A stretch of 64,000 nt of DNA, from contig CM052816.1 of assembly GCA_028534125.1 (NCBI GenBank), forward strand, positions 73,286,001 to 73,350,000, written 5' to 3'. This stretch comes from Lama glama. Taxonomy: Eukaryota. This document shows positions 40,251 to 52,690 of this stretch, piece after piece. The first letter of the stretch is position 1. Each line of letters begins with the position of its first letter. A program made the position numbers and the translations under genes. Below the pieces are notes generated by a model. That model was not told the DNA's origin. It searched no databases and was given only the letters and a program-made list of their open reading frames with translations.

Positions 40251-43040
40251 CCTTCAGAAAATTACAAATATTCTTATGGGGGAGTAATGTGTTCTGATCC
40301 TCATTATGATGCTATGTGGTAATATCCTGATAGTAGACTCCACAATAATTTGAAAGATACGTTCCTCAAAAGACACACATATCACACCAAACAGCTTTTT
40401 AGTGAAATCACTTCTGTCAAAGACCAATTCTTGTCAGTGCAGGGAGAGGCCACTTTCAACTATGATATAGTGGAAAGCCATGTGGATGTGGCAGTATTTG
40501 CATCAACTTAAAAGATAAAAAGGTTTCTAGAGGTAGAAAGTATAGGAAATATGGAAATTGTTTTTGGACAGTATTTTTTAAACAGACACTAACACTTGAA
40601 TGCAATGGAGTCAAAATTATTAGGAAACTGGGACTGTACACTAAATCAATCATGTTTCAGTTCACAAACTAGTAACAAATTACTTATACACCCTGGCAAA
40701 GGTTTGATTGGCAGGATTCCCAGGCATGTCTGCGGCCATGATAAAAATATAGGTCCCCAGGCTCTGCCAAACCTACTAAGTCCAAATTTCTCAGTGAAAG
40801 CTGTGAATTCAAAAGACTCAAATAATGTTCCCAAGTCAAAGAACTGGACTTGGGGGTTTCAAATCGCAATAAAATTCATCAGGTCCATGTCACTTGCCAC
40901 CAAAAGAACTTGAGAATCGGTCTATGACTGTTAAGATGTTTTAAAGCAGGAAATTATTTAATAAAGAAGTAATTCTCACTTAGGTCACCTTTTAGATGTC
41001 ATACTCAGATTGGTATGGCTTTTCTGCTTCACTCTGCTTTTCAGTGAGGAAGGATTTCATCACTTTTTCAAAGCACTAACTTGGAAAGAATATATACAAT
41101 TAAACAAAAATTGGCCCACCCATGTTCATTCTGGTCTGGAAAAAAAATGTGTTGATGTGTTGGGTTTTTAAAGAGGCATATTTTACAAGTTATTTATAGT
41201 GAATGCCCATCTTCAAATAAACGTAATTGATGCATATTTTGTATTAAATCTCAGATAAAGTAGTCTTATTAGTCTTTAGACTCATGGAATGGTCTAAAGC
41301 TGAGAGGACGGACCATTTGTTTTATTGCTGGGAATTGGAATAGCTAATGGTCTGTAAAACAGCAAACGTAACTTGAGTTTTATTCAGTTTGTCCACTGAA
41401 TGTGTCTACTTGTTGGGTTTTCTCAAATAAATACTCTTAGCTGATTCCAGATTAGGTGCAGCAAGACACTCCCGCACACTTGCATCTAGAGAACAAGTAT
41501 GCAGAGCTGCCTCTCCGTTTTCCGTCCTGCCTTGGGCTATGGTGCACGTCTGAAACCAGATAACGTTTTCCGGTTTGTGTCCCCCAAAATGTTTAAGAAG
41601 AAAAAAAACTGATGACACACAAACATAAAAGTGAGAGAGCTCTTTAAAGAGAGGAAGGACTTTGTGGGCTCATAAAAGTTGTAGAATAAGATTTTCCTTT
41701 GTTTTTTTGGATATTTTGGCCAGCCGCCCTTTGAGCAGTACTGCCCACCAGCTGGCTTTCTTAGAATGGAGCAATACGCTTGATTCAAAGCTGTTTTCCT
41801 CTATCAACAGGTTTAAATGAAAACTTTTAATTGTGGGTATGATAAATGGTTCAGAAACTCATTTCTCACCAAGGAAAACCTTGAAAACAGAGTAAGTAAC
41901 CAGATAGATGAATGAATGGTGGGTGGATGGATGGATAGACAAAGAGGTAGATACAAATAAGCTCAGAACTAAATAAAAGTCCGCCTCTGTAATTCTGCGT
42001 TTAAAACCAAAAAGTTAATAGTAATATCCATGACTTAAATTTCAATACGTGTACTCAAAATTTTTAAGACTTTAACATTTATCATGCTCTTCCGCGTTTA
42101 TCATTTTTGTTTGTTTAACTGCTATGTTCACTAATTACCCCTAAAAGAGTTTGTTAATCTACAAGAAAATAGAGGACCGAGTGATCTTGATTTATTTCAG
42201 TGCTGTGGCTTCCTAGATTTACACTTATTACTTCCTTTAAAAATGAAACACAACAAGCTAATATGTTGTGTTCATGTCTTTTTTTTTTAACCTTCAGAAG
42301 GCTAGCAGCACCCTGCCAGGCCTATAGTCAGTGTTTTAAATAAACTTGCTAAATTAAACTAACTATTGGCCACACTGCACATGAATTGCAGTCATAAGAG
42401 GAACAATGTGTGAAAGCAACTTTGTAATGACCCCGTAGAGCTGGGCAGATGAAAGTCTGGGGCATAGCGTTTCACTGGCTTGATCCATCTGCCACCAGTC
42501 ACTTGTGGGAAGAGGCTTCTGTTTCTTGTCAGCCAACAATAGGAAGCACAGTGGGATTTAGTAGCTGCTGAGGCACCAAAGGACAGGGCACAGCACACAC
42601 CACTCATGTCAGGTCAGGGATGGGATCCCAACTGCCTTATCCTCCCCATCTGGCAAGTAAACATTCTCCGTGCTGTTTTGCCTCAGATAGTACCTCGCTT
42701 ACTAAGTCAGGGAAGAATGCACTCATTTAGTACGGAGCTTAGTAATCCTATTTAGGAGAATAAAAATACATGTGATTTATATTTTAACTCAGAGAGGCTC
42801 TCTATCAATTGAGAAAGTCAATGATTTGGCTTGCTCAGATTTCTCCTTAGCCACCTCTGAATTATTATGTGATATAGTCAGGCAAAGTGGGATTTTAAAT
42901 AATATTACCAAAACACTATTTCAGTTTTCAACTTCACATCCTGTATGTTAACATAGCCAAAGTGAAAGATGAAAGGCAGTCCCCTCAGTTAAACTACAAA
43001 TGGTTTTCTTTCTTTCAAAAAGAAAAGGTGGAATACTCAC

Positions 43041-43069
43041 GATTTGCCATTTGATTCAGCACGAGGGGC
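43041..43069 (-). other. candidate 29-nt exon
   Basis: Minus strand tttcccattttggcag|GCCCCTCGTGCTGAATCAAATGGCAAATC|gtgagt. Confidence 0.35.
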
Positions 43070-45329
43070 CTGCCAAAATGGGAAATATTTGTATACAGTC
43101 AATGATCATGTAATTTGAAGGTATGAGGCTATATTAACAGTGCTTCTTTTGTTAAAAAAGCTTCAAATCAGTCCCTTTGTTCAATACGTCACAAACTCTT
43201 TTCTGAGTTAAAGGGGGAAGAGACCAACATAATTTGATGTGCAAACATAGAATGTAATATTAATCTAAAATTTAAGAAAAAGTAATCCGTAATGTTCCAA
43301 CAAGTAGAACTGTGGCAATAATACGTCATTAGTAAACAAAGTCAGTAGCCATACTAAGACAAAGAGGAAGGCCCACCCCCAAGCCAGTGCATCTGAGGGA
43401 GAGAAAGATACTACTTAATGACTTTGGTGTGCACTAGAGATCTTCCAGGAGACAGCAAGTTTGATTTTCTTCCATGCCCCAGTTCTTTGAATATCAAGGC
43501 CTCACTTTGAGGAAACAAGTGAGAAAAATAGGGAAATAAATATAAAAGTGTTTTATTATTGTTGTTTTTGTTTCTTTGGGTTTTTTGCTTATTATATTCA
43601 TCTGTAAAGTTTTTAATGGATGTTTGTTATTAGTCAATGGAGTGAGGCACTAAAAATTTCCCTTTATATGGGGTAATACAGGCTATTAGCTTTGTGAGAC
43701 ATCTGCTAACAAAAAGCCAAGTGTGTATTTAGTTAAGAATAAAGAGAAAAGAAGGCCTGATGGTGCTATCAGAATCAGGCAACTTCAGTCACCTAGAAAC
43801 AATGGACTTGATTATTTCTTCGGTCTATAATTCTGCATGCTCAGATGGTCATCCAGCCAAGGAGAAAGGGTTCTTATGAAATCTATACAGTACTGGGTCT
43901 TAAAATGGATGGGGTAATTCTCTTTTCTGAATGTCCTGTCTTCTCTGGGTAAATCTTGACAAATTAGCAGGTAGCTGCAGAAAGAGGGTTACATGGGGCA
44001 TGTGTTCTAGACAGAGACAGTTACAGGGTGACCTCATGGGCCCCTATGCCTCAGCTCCCTTCCCATCCCCACCCCACCCCACAAGTCTGCCTCTGGCCCT
44101 CAGCAGCTCTCGCCTAAACTCCTGCGTATCCTCTGCTTGGTGTCTATTTTCTCATCCAATATTTGAACAGCAGAGCTATATTTTTAATGAAACACAACAA
44201 GGGTTCATAAATAAAACAAAAGGGATATTTTATAAACATAATGTTACATTACCACATCAGTCAATGAGAATGGCTATCAGTGGCAGTTACAGCCTCAACA
44301 TCTAGCATATTTCTATGTTTTATCTTGGTTACACAGTATCAAGAAAATTCTGAATCACACAGACCTATTGTTCAGTTAAATAGAGTCAAAACTTAAAAGA
44401 ACATTTGAAAGTAAAATCTGTATCTAAGTCATATTGTAAGGTTTACAAATTCACACTTCTCTAGTAAGTATCCAATTTAGAGAGAGTGGATGAATAGATT
44501 CTTTGATTGGGTAAATATTTACCATTAGGCAGGAAATAAATTTTAAATATATCTGTAACACTATGAAATAGTTAATGGTATATTTTTAAAATTTCAGATA
44601 CTTAGTATTTATCTGTCAAATATCCATTCAATGTCTTGAAATAGTCATTTTTATTTTGTTTTAATGTTAGGTTCTTATTTTCATTTTCATTTCTGATACT
44701 TTATCTGCAGCTATAAGCAAAGCTTTGCCAAATTAAATCAGTTCAGCTCTTTAAAGGTATTGGTAAGGTATACAAAGCAATGCAACCCTTGTTTAAGGAA
44801 TAATTACCCAAAGGATTTACTTTATCAGAAAACAAACAAAAAAGGGTACTATTCTTCTGTCTCACTTGAAATACTTGATTCAGTACCTTGCCTAAAAGCA
44901 TTGACCAAATTAGCATGGAAAAGGAAATTTCTGGAATTTACTGTCAATATGATTATAGGAAACTGAAAAATTCACAATTTAAGTTTGTGTCTAGTAAAGA
45001 ATTTATACGGACTTATCCAATACTATTAAGAGCAGCACAAGTATTTATATGTATATAAATAAACATACTGTAAAAAACATTAAGCTGTTCAGTGAATGAT
45101 GAGAAGAAGATAAGAGCCTCAATTTTATGCTCTGAACGTTTTCTTTCAAAATGACATTGTAACTGCAGGGGCTATAATAACATTTACCAATTTCACAACA
45201 TAAAATATATCATGGATTTAGGTAATTTTTACTACGTAAAAGGTGAATCCCAATGAATTACTAGCATTTACTTTCTTGTCATCCAGGAATTTGCTGTGAG
45301 AATTGTCGACACTTTTTTTTTTTTTTTTT

Positions 45330-45530
45330 AGGAAGCAGCATAGTATAATGTTTAAGAGAAAGTACAAAGCCAACCATCTCACCCCAAGCCTGGCTCACTA
45401 GCTTTGTGGCCTTAGATGGTTGTTTAACAATTTTGTGCCTCAGTTCCCTCTTCTATAAAGTAGAGAAAATGATAGTACGCACTTACAGGATTATTGTAAG
45501 AATGGCTTGGATTTAATCCCATATAGGCAC
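45330..45530 (+). mobile_element. MIR SINE
   Basis: ggaagcagcatagtataatg...cactagctttgtggccttag...tgtgcctcagttccctcttctataaagtagag. Confidence 0.85.
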
Positions 45531-47684
45531 ATCCTTGACATTTATAGGATCTGGAACGTGAAGGAACACGAAGAATACCATAATTCTAAATATTTAAAGG
45601 TATTGAAAATGACAGTAAACAAAATATGCTCTATCTCTTATTTTGCAAATATATGCTCATAGGGATGTGGATGGCCACCAGTTTGAACTTAGAATTCCGG
45701 GCCCCTCAGAGTCCTGCTCTGACACATGGAGGCATGAGAACAACTGGCTCCCAGTCTGCAGGCTGGCCTCCTTCTCCTGCCATCGCTGGCTCATTCCACA
45801 CCCTGAGGGGCTCTCCAAGGGTGCGTGGGGTCTCCTCAGCTGCATGTCAAAGCTCCATAGACACCCACTAGTCACACCTGGGCCACCTTTCAGTCCTAGG
45901 GTTGTACACACCACAGTAGAGAACTACTTTGGGAGGATGATCCAGGTAAGAGCCCCCAGCAGGTCCTGGGAGTGAGCTTGAGGGCAGGGAATTCCAGGAA
46001 CCATGACTTATAAAGGACAGCCTGAACCAGAGCTGTGGGCTTCAGTGGGGCTTGTCTCTTTGATTCCAAGGACTCAAATGCTTCGTGGAGAGGGATGTAG
46101 CCACAGAAGGACAAAAATAGGACCCTCTAAAGCATGGGATCCAGGGCAGGGGCCCCTCTTGCCCAGAACTAAAGGTATTGTGAAGTGTGACCCACATCAT
46201 AGCCTAGGGCACTTTTTTTTTTTTTTAAAAAAGGAGCTCTTGCCATTATGTGCTATTCTATTTTCAAGTCATTTTTCACTAGTTATGAATTTAGTTTATG
46301 CTATAACTTATCATATTTTATTCAGCCTAATCACTCTCATCACAGCCGTCATCAAATGCCATCTTTAATTTTCTGTTTATAACCAAAAATCCACTTCTGG
46401 TTTCAAAGGTAATTATTTCATCTCTCCTATGAAAAAGTTGTCGATAAAAGCTAGACCAAAAAAGAAACGACTGAAAATATTCAGTAACATTGTCAAATAT
46501 GAAATAATAAAATATAAAAACAGTCAAGTGTTAAAAAAAAGAGCATCTAAACTTAATCTAAATGCAAAGGGAACTATAATATTATATTATCTCCACCCTA
46601 GGCATCGTGCATTCACTTATTACAGCCCAACTATGATTAAAGACGCTGAGGACCTGCACCCAGCTGCTCTGCCGGCACCTTGTCATGTGTGTCATTCCCG
46701 AAGGCTGGGTCTAGAAATAGTAGTTTGACTCAAATACTGTCACAGGGCTGGATGGGTCACACCATGAACGAACATCCACAATGAAAGCAAAGGCTGAATG
46801 CAAAATCAAAATCAGAGCAAGAAATGCCTGATCAAATATATTTTTTAAAGCACTTTAAATAAACGTTCAAAGGCAGTCAGGAGAGCTTTGTTCTCAGCTC
46901 AACACACAACAAGTGAGTTAACCCAGCAGCACCTCTTAATACGATGAAGTCTCCAATATTCAAAATTCTTTACCATGTGCATTTTTTCATAAGAAAAACA
47001 TTTCCCATTTTACTATCAAGGTGGTAGCAGACAGGCCCAGGGGCACCAGCTCATGTCTTTCCCTGGAACCCATCATGGAAAGGCAGTGGCTTAGTGTCAG
47101 CAACACAGGCCTCCCCAGAGGCCTGGCAGGGCTCTGATAGGTCCAGTTGTCTCTGTGATGAGACATTTTGGTGCTTCCTCACTCAGTAATGGCTCATGTA
47201 AGGGGACCTGCAGTTGACTCCACGTACTGAGAATTCCTGATGGAGATATGAACACTAACCAGGCTTTATTACAGCAAGATGCTTTGAACCTTTCTGCTCC
47301 TAACCTTATTTCTATCTTGAAGTGGTAAAGGTAACTACTTATTCCACTGATAGGCATATTAATTATAGTTTTTAAATGTTAAATTATTTTTTAAAAATCT
47401 CATTTGGGTTAAATGTTTGAAGATTGTGCTTAGCACCTCCAATGAACTCTTTGGTTCCAAGGAACAGTTAAAACATAGGCTCTTGCCCATTCTCCACACT
47501 GTTACCAGGGTGACCATGAATTAGACATCCCTGCTTAAAAATTTAGCTTGAAAATACAGTCCAAACTACTTAAAGGAAATAGATTTTGAATCCATGTCTA
47601 TTCTGTCTCTCTAACTCTACATATCTACTACCCCTGCAGTAAACTCTGTTCTCTCCTTAAGCAGACTGCTTGTAATGGACTCAC

Positions 47685-47797
47685 CTTCCTGTGACAGAAT
47701 GTTCTATGCTGAGGACATTCTATCTTGATTAGTCTCAGCATTGGTTGGATGAGAAAAGGGTGGAACTCAAGTCTGAGATTATCAGGCCCTAACATGT
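47685..47797 (-). other. candidate 113-nt exon
   Basis: Acceptor ctgtctttcgcctcag, consensus donor AAG|gtgagt; one open frame (D)MLGPDNLRLEFHPFLIQPMLRLIKIECPQHRTFCHRK. Confidence 0.35.
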
Positions 47798-48125
47798 CTG
47801 AGGCGAAAGACAGTCACACTTTTGGAAAGGAGATCTCAGTGAACACAAATAGAGACACCACTACCTGGAATGATCTGATTGGTCAGATCAGGGAATGTAG
47901 AAACTGAGATTCTGCATGATGATGGGAGGCCTTGCAGGCTTGTGTTTCTGATGTTAACTGAGGGGAAGAAGAAATAAAAGACATACTGTGATTTATTTAA
48001 AGGGCAAAGTGGCTATTTGATTCCCATTGTGCATTATTTATTGAATTTTGTTCCTCACTGCAGATCAAGTGGTGAGACTGGTGGTGTCATGGGTTGGGGA
48101 AAGATGGAGAGGCTGGCAGTCTTAC

Positions 48126-48152
48126 CTGCAGCATATAGCTCCATAAGTCTTC
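48126..48152 (-). other. candidate exon (27 nt, or the 3' part of a longer first exon)
   Basis: Strong donor CAG|gtaaga; weak acceptor cattttttaag; ATG at 48144-48142. Confidence 0.25.
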
Positions 48153-48799
48153 CTTAAAAAATGTTTTTTTTCCAGCTGTTCCATGCCTATAAACTACTCT
48201 CAAACACAGGTAATCACTATCAACAGAACACTGAAACTGGCTTATTTTGATGATTCTATGAAATGGATGTGAATATGCTGAGAAAAACAGAATCTTTACC
48301 TTCTAGAATGTATCTATAATTCAATTGACTACATCTTACTAATTTGCTCAAAAAAATCTAGTTGATCTTGTTATTTTCTTTCCAGCTATGGGAAAAATTC
48401 ATAAAACATGCCTTGCTCAATCAAGAAAATCTGTAGAGATTCATGAGAATGAGTCCTCTGAGAATCTGAAGTCAGTTATACTATAATATGATAAATATCA
48501 TCATAGGGTCCATCTCATATGATTATTGGATTACCTAAAATACTGCATATGTAGAGTACCTACTGATGGTTCAATTTTTTATAATTATGCTTATTTTTAT
48601 TCTAGCAAGTTTATTAAAATTTGTTCCAAGTCTTGATTCCTGTCTAAATTACATGGTATCAATTAATAAATACTCAAAACAAAGTAAGTGTAATATTTAA
48701 GAACTGACACATGAATTCCTCTTAGGAAAGAATTTATTCTTAATAAACTCTGGATTAAGGAAGATAAGACCCAGGGGGGACATGTGACTCCCCTCCTTA

Positions 48800-49200
48800 A
48801 CTTATTCATTCCTTCATCATTCTGCGTGCTTACTATTAGGCACTGAAATTATAGGAACAAACAAAACAAAGTCACTGCTGGCATAAGGCTAATGTTCTAC
48901 TAGGGGAGACACAGGCAAACAGACACACAGATACATAATTTCAAAGAGTGGTAAGTTTCATGAAGCAAATGAAACAGGGCAACAAGACAGAATTACTAGG
49001 CGGATTAGGGGGCTTAGGATGGATAGGATGGTCACAGAAAGCATCTCTGAAGAGGTGGCATTTGAATCAAGACCCAAATGAGGCGAGGCAGCAGGTAAGG
49101 AGAACTCAAAGCAGAGGGAAGAACAAGTGCAAAGGATCTGGTTTGGGAACAGACTGCAGGCTGGCAGGGCACCAGGAAGGTGGGTTGGCCCAAACTTAAG
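48800..49200 (-). mobile_element. L2 3' fragment
   Basis: attcattccttcatcattctgcgtgcttactattaggcactg...catctctgaagaggtggcatttgaatcaagacc...agcagagggaagaacaagtgcaaagg. Confidence 0.85.
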
Positions 49201-49259
49201 GCATGAACAGCTTTGGAGTTAATTAATTAATTAAAATGAATCTATGTACTATTAATTAA

Positions 49260-50330
49260 TTTTAAATGACTTTTATTTAAATTGAACTTAATTAAACAAT
49301 ACTGACGTATAAAAATGAAAGGAACAATCATTCCCACTCACCCAGTTCGTATCCCTAAAAGGAACTGCTATTATAACTGGGGGGTATTCTTCCAGTTCAT
49401 TATATGTATATTTACTTCCAAAATCTGAAACATCACACAGATGCAGCATATATATGTAATGGAATGCAACTCACCGGTAAGAAAGGAGGATATTTTGCCA
49501 TTTGCAGCCCTTCATTCATTTTTTTTTCCCACTTCAAAACCAGAATTTTATAACTGGCATAAACATTTCCACTGCATCAAAAATACTTAGAAATAAACTT
49601 AACCAAGGAGGTTACCTATACTCTGAAAACTGTAAAACACTGATGAAGGAAATTGAAGATGATACAAACAAGTGGAAAGATATCTTGTGCTCTTGGATTG
49701 GAAGAATCAACATTATCAAAATGGTTGTATTACCCAAAGCAATCCACAGATCCAATACAACCCCTGTCAAAGTACTCACAACATTTTTCACAGAACAAGA
49801 ACAAACAATTTCAAAATTTACATGGAACCATAAAAAGACCCTGCACTGTCAAAGCAATATTATGTAGGTCTTTTTTTTTTTTTTTTTTTTACTCTTTCCT
49901 CTTTTTGTTCTCTTTTCTTATGGGTTGATGACTAAAGTTCCTTTAACATTTGTTGTAAAGCTGGTTTGGTGGTGCTGAATTCTTTTAGCTTTTGTTTATC
50001 TTTGAAGCTTTTGATTTCTCCATCAAATCTGAATGAGAGCCTTGCTGGATAGAGTATTCTTGGTTGTAGGTTTTTTCCATTTATCCCTTTAAATATATCT
50101 TGCCACTCCCTTCTAGCCTGTAGCGTTTCTACTGAAAAATCAGCTGATTTTCATTCATTTTAAATGACTGCTCAGTATCACACTGTATGGAATATCCTGA
50201 TTGATTTAATCAGGCTCTTATATAAGGAAACTTGGTTTCAATTTTTGCTATTACAAACAATACTATTATCTAAATCTTTGGGTGTATATATAAATTCATG
50301 AGTTTATTCCAAAGCACACTTCCAGAGTGG
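49260..50330 (-). mobile_element. old L1ME-like fragment hosting younger insertions
   Basis: Antisense old-L1 3' motifs on both sides of the 49511-50161 insert (cattttaaatgactgctcagtatcacactgtatgg...ttttgctattacaaacaatact). Confidence 0.55.
49523..50149. mobile_element. rearranged L1 composite: ORF2 piece (+, ~49565-49860) and ORF1 C-terminus/inter-ORF spacer (-, ~49865-50149)
   Basis: + frame [44 protein letters not shown] (ORF2); - frame SADFSVETLQARREWQDIFK...RILYPARLSFRFDGEIKSF...STTKPALQQMLKEL (ORF1); TSD TTCATTCATTTT. Confidence 0.85.
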
Positions 50331-51639
50331 CTGACGAACTGATGGAAATGCCCATCAGGAAGGATGGCTGAAGGACTCAGGGTGGCCTTATACTTAATGT
50401 AGGCATTCTTCCTGTGGCAGTGTAAATGCTTCTGCCCTCTTAATCCCTCCTTGTCCCAATCTTCCAAAAAGTTCTCTACACTCAATGTTTCATTTGCATG
50501 GGCTACGTTATTGTTTTGTGAGGAAAAAAAGAATTCAGAGTGTGAATCTGGAATGATTTGGTGGATAAAAGAGACAGGAAACACAGAAATCCAGAGACAG
50601 GCTGGAGGAAGAGTAACCATTAAGCACTGAGGCTACCTGGATTTCACTGACATTTTGAGAACTGTTTCCTCCTTCCACAAGGTGGGTATCAAGATTCAAG
50701 GCAATCTTATCTAGATCTCAAGGAAGACAAGGTGGCCCCAGCTGACATCTGGGTTACATATTTCATGCCCAAACATCCAAGGAGGGGGAAAATCAGTCAA
50801 GCTAACTCTTTTGATTTCATGTAAACAAAATAACCAATTGATGGACTGATTGCTTCACTTGTTTTGGATTTCTATATACATAGCCACATGCCAGTGATCA
50901 AAAATAAATCATCATTTTCAAATTCAGAACAATGTACAGAACCATGCTATATTGTTCACAACAATCTATGTCATAAAGAACAATGTATCTACTAAAGTCA
51001 TTCTCACTTCTCATTTTTGCAAGGTACCAAAAACATTAATTATAGCCAAGTAATGAATAATTATTACTTACCCAGAATGCAAACAGCTTCGTTCATAATT
51101 GTGACTTCTTTGCCTTTCTTCCTTCTATCAGTAGTGTGGCACTTTACTATTCATGGTTATTTTCACAATAGGGTAGACTGAGAAAAAAGAATAGAAATCG
51201 ATATTAATATTTTTAACTGCCCTACTAAGTGTTTAAGGGCAATACCAATATTTTTATTAAATAAGTTAGGGATTTCCATATTTTTAATTCATGTTTTCAT
51301 TTAATTTTTTAAAAACAAATACTGTTTCAACTATCAGAAATGAGCCAATTACTATCCATTCCCCTAAATTAAAAATTTAGAAAGACATTGAGTAGCACCT
51401 ACTTGTACCTGTGTATGAAAATCATTATACATCCATTGTGGAAAATACAAGTATATATTAAAAAACTGACTGGTTTGCTCTGCTTGCTTGTAGTTTCTAT
51501 ATTTCTATATTATTTTGGAAAATTGGAACTTAATAAATTATGCAGATGTTAAGCTAAAATGTGGATTATCAAAATAAATTAGAAAATCTACTCCAGTAAA
51601 GATCCTTTAATAATTATTATAAATCTAGAATTATATAGC

Positions 51640-52690
51640 TATAGGCCTATTCCCATGGCTTCAATTATCATCTGTTCAAAACTTATATCTAGACTAGATT
51701 CCTCTTCTGAATTGCAAATATGCATCTCCAGCTGTCTGCTAGAAATACCCACTTAGGGTTTCCAGGCACACCTCAAAGTCAGCAAGTTCAAACTACCTAA
51801 TAAAGTTTTTCCACCTAAAGTTGATTTTGCCTTCAGAGTTTCTCATCTTAGTTAAGGGCAGCACCATCTAGGCATCCAATTGATCAAGCAAAATTCCTTC
51901 TCACCTTTTCTCTCACTCTTCATATCCAATTACTAGGTCTTGTTTAATTTGCCTCCTAAATATTTCTTGGCTTGTTTTAGTTCTTTCCATCCTCACTGTT
52001 TCTAGGCTAAGATCACTACTTCCCTCACCTGGGTGACATGGTCCACCTGAATGGGGCCCCTCAAATTGTAGAGCAGACAATGTTTGGAGCCCTTCTAACC
52101 TAATCTTTTATCACCTTTCTCTCAAACTGTACCCTGTAACTTATTAAATATCTTTTAAGTCCTTAAACATTTCATGCTCTCTTACTTTGGAGTCTCCAGA
52201 CGATCTGTGCCCTTTGCCTAGTGTATGTAGCATAGATATATATGTAGCATATGTATGTATTATGTATATGTTTGCATATGCTATATATATTTATATACAC
52301 ACATGTATATATAGTTTGCTCTGAGAAACTCTTTATCATCACGCCTATGATCCAATTTGGAAAATTGGAACTTAATAAATTCTACCACATTTCACTATAA
52401 ATCTATGCATTATTTCCTTTTTCTTTCATAAAATACTCTAACATTCACAGCTCGACCACCATGGCTGGGTTGGGTGTCCCACCTATATAATTGCAAAATA
52501 TCTGTTATTTTCTAATCAGAGCACTTATTACTTTTATTATAATTACTCATTTGGCTGAGTATGCCCTCTGAGGGCATTAAGGATGTGTATTTTTTTTTAT
52601 CACTGTGTCTTCAATATTTAGCACAACTACCAGGGTAGACACAGGAAATATTTCCTAAATGGAAGAAATAATGAATCAATACATATGTGT
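51640..52690 (+). mobile_element. L2 fragment with (TA)-rich and templated inserts
   Basis: tcccatggcttcaattatcatct...ctccagctgtctgctagaaatacccactt...cacctcaaagtcagcaagttcaaa; 3' end cactgtgtcttcaatatttagcaca...aatgaatcaat. Confidence 0.75.

Noticed and set aside
49502..49867. 121-aa ORF as a host gene
   Set aside because: It is an L1 ORF2 fragment.
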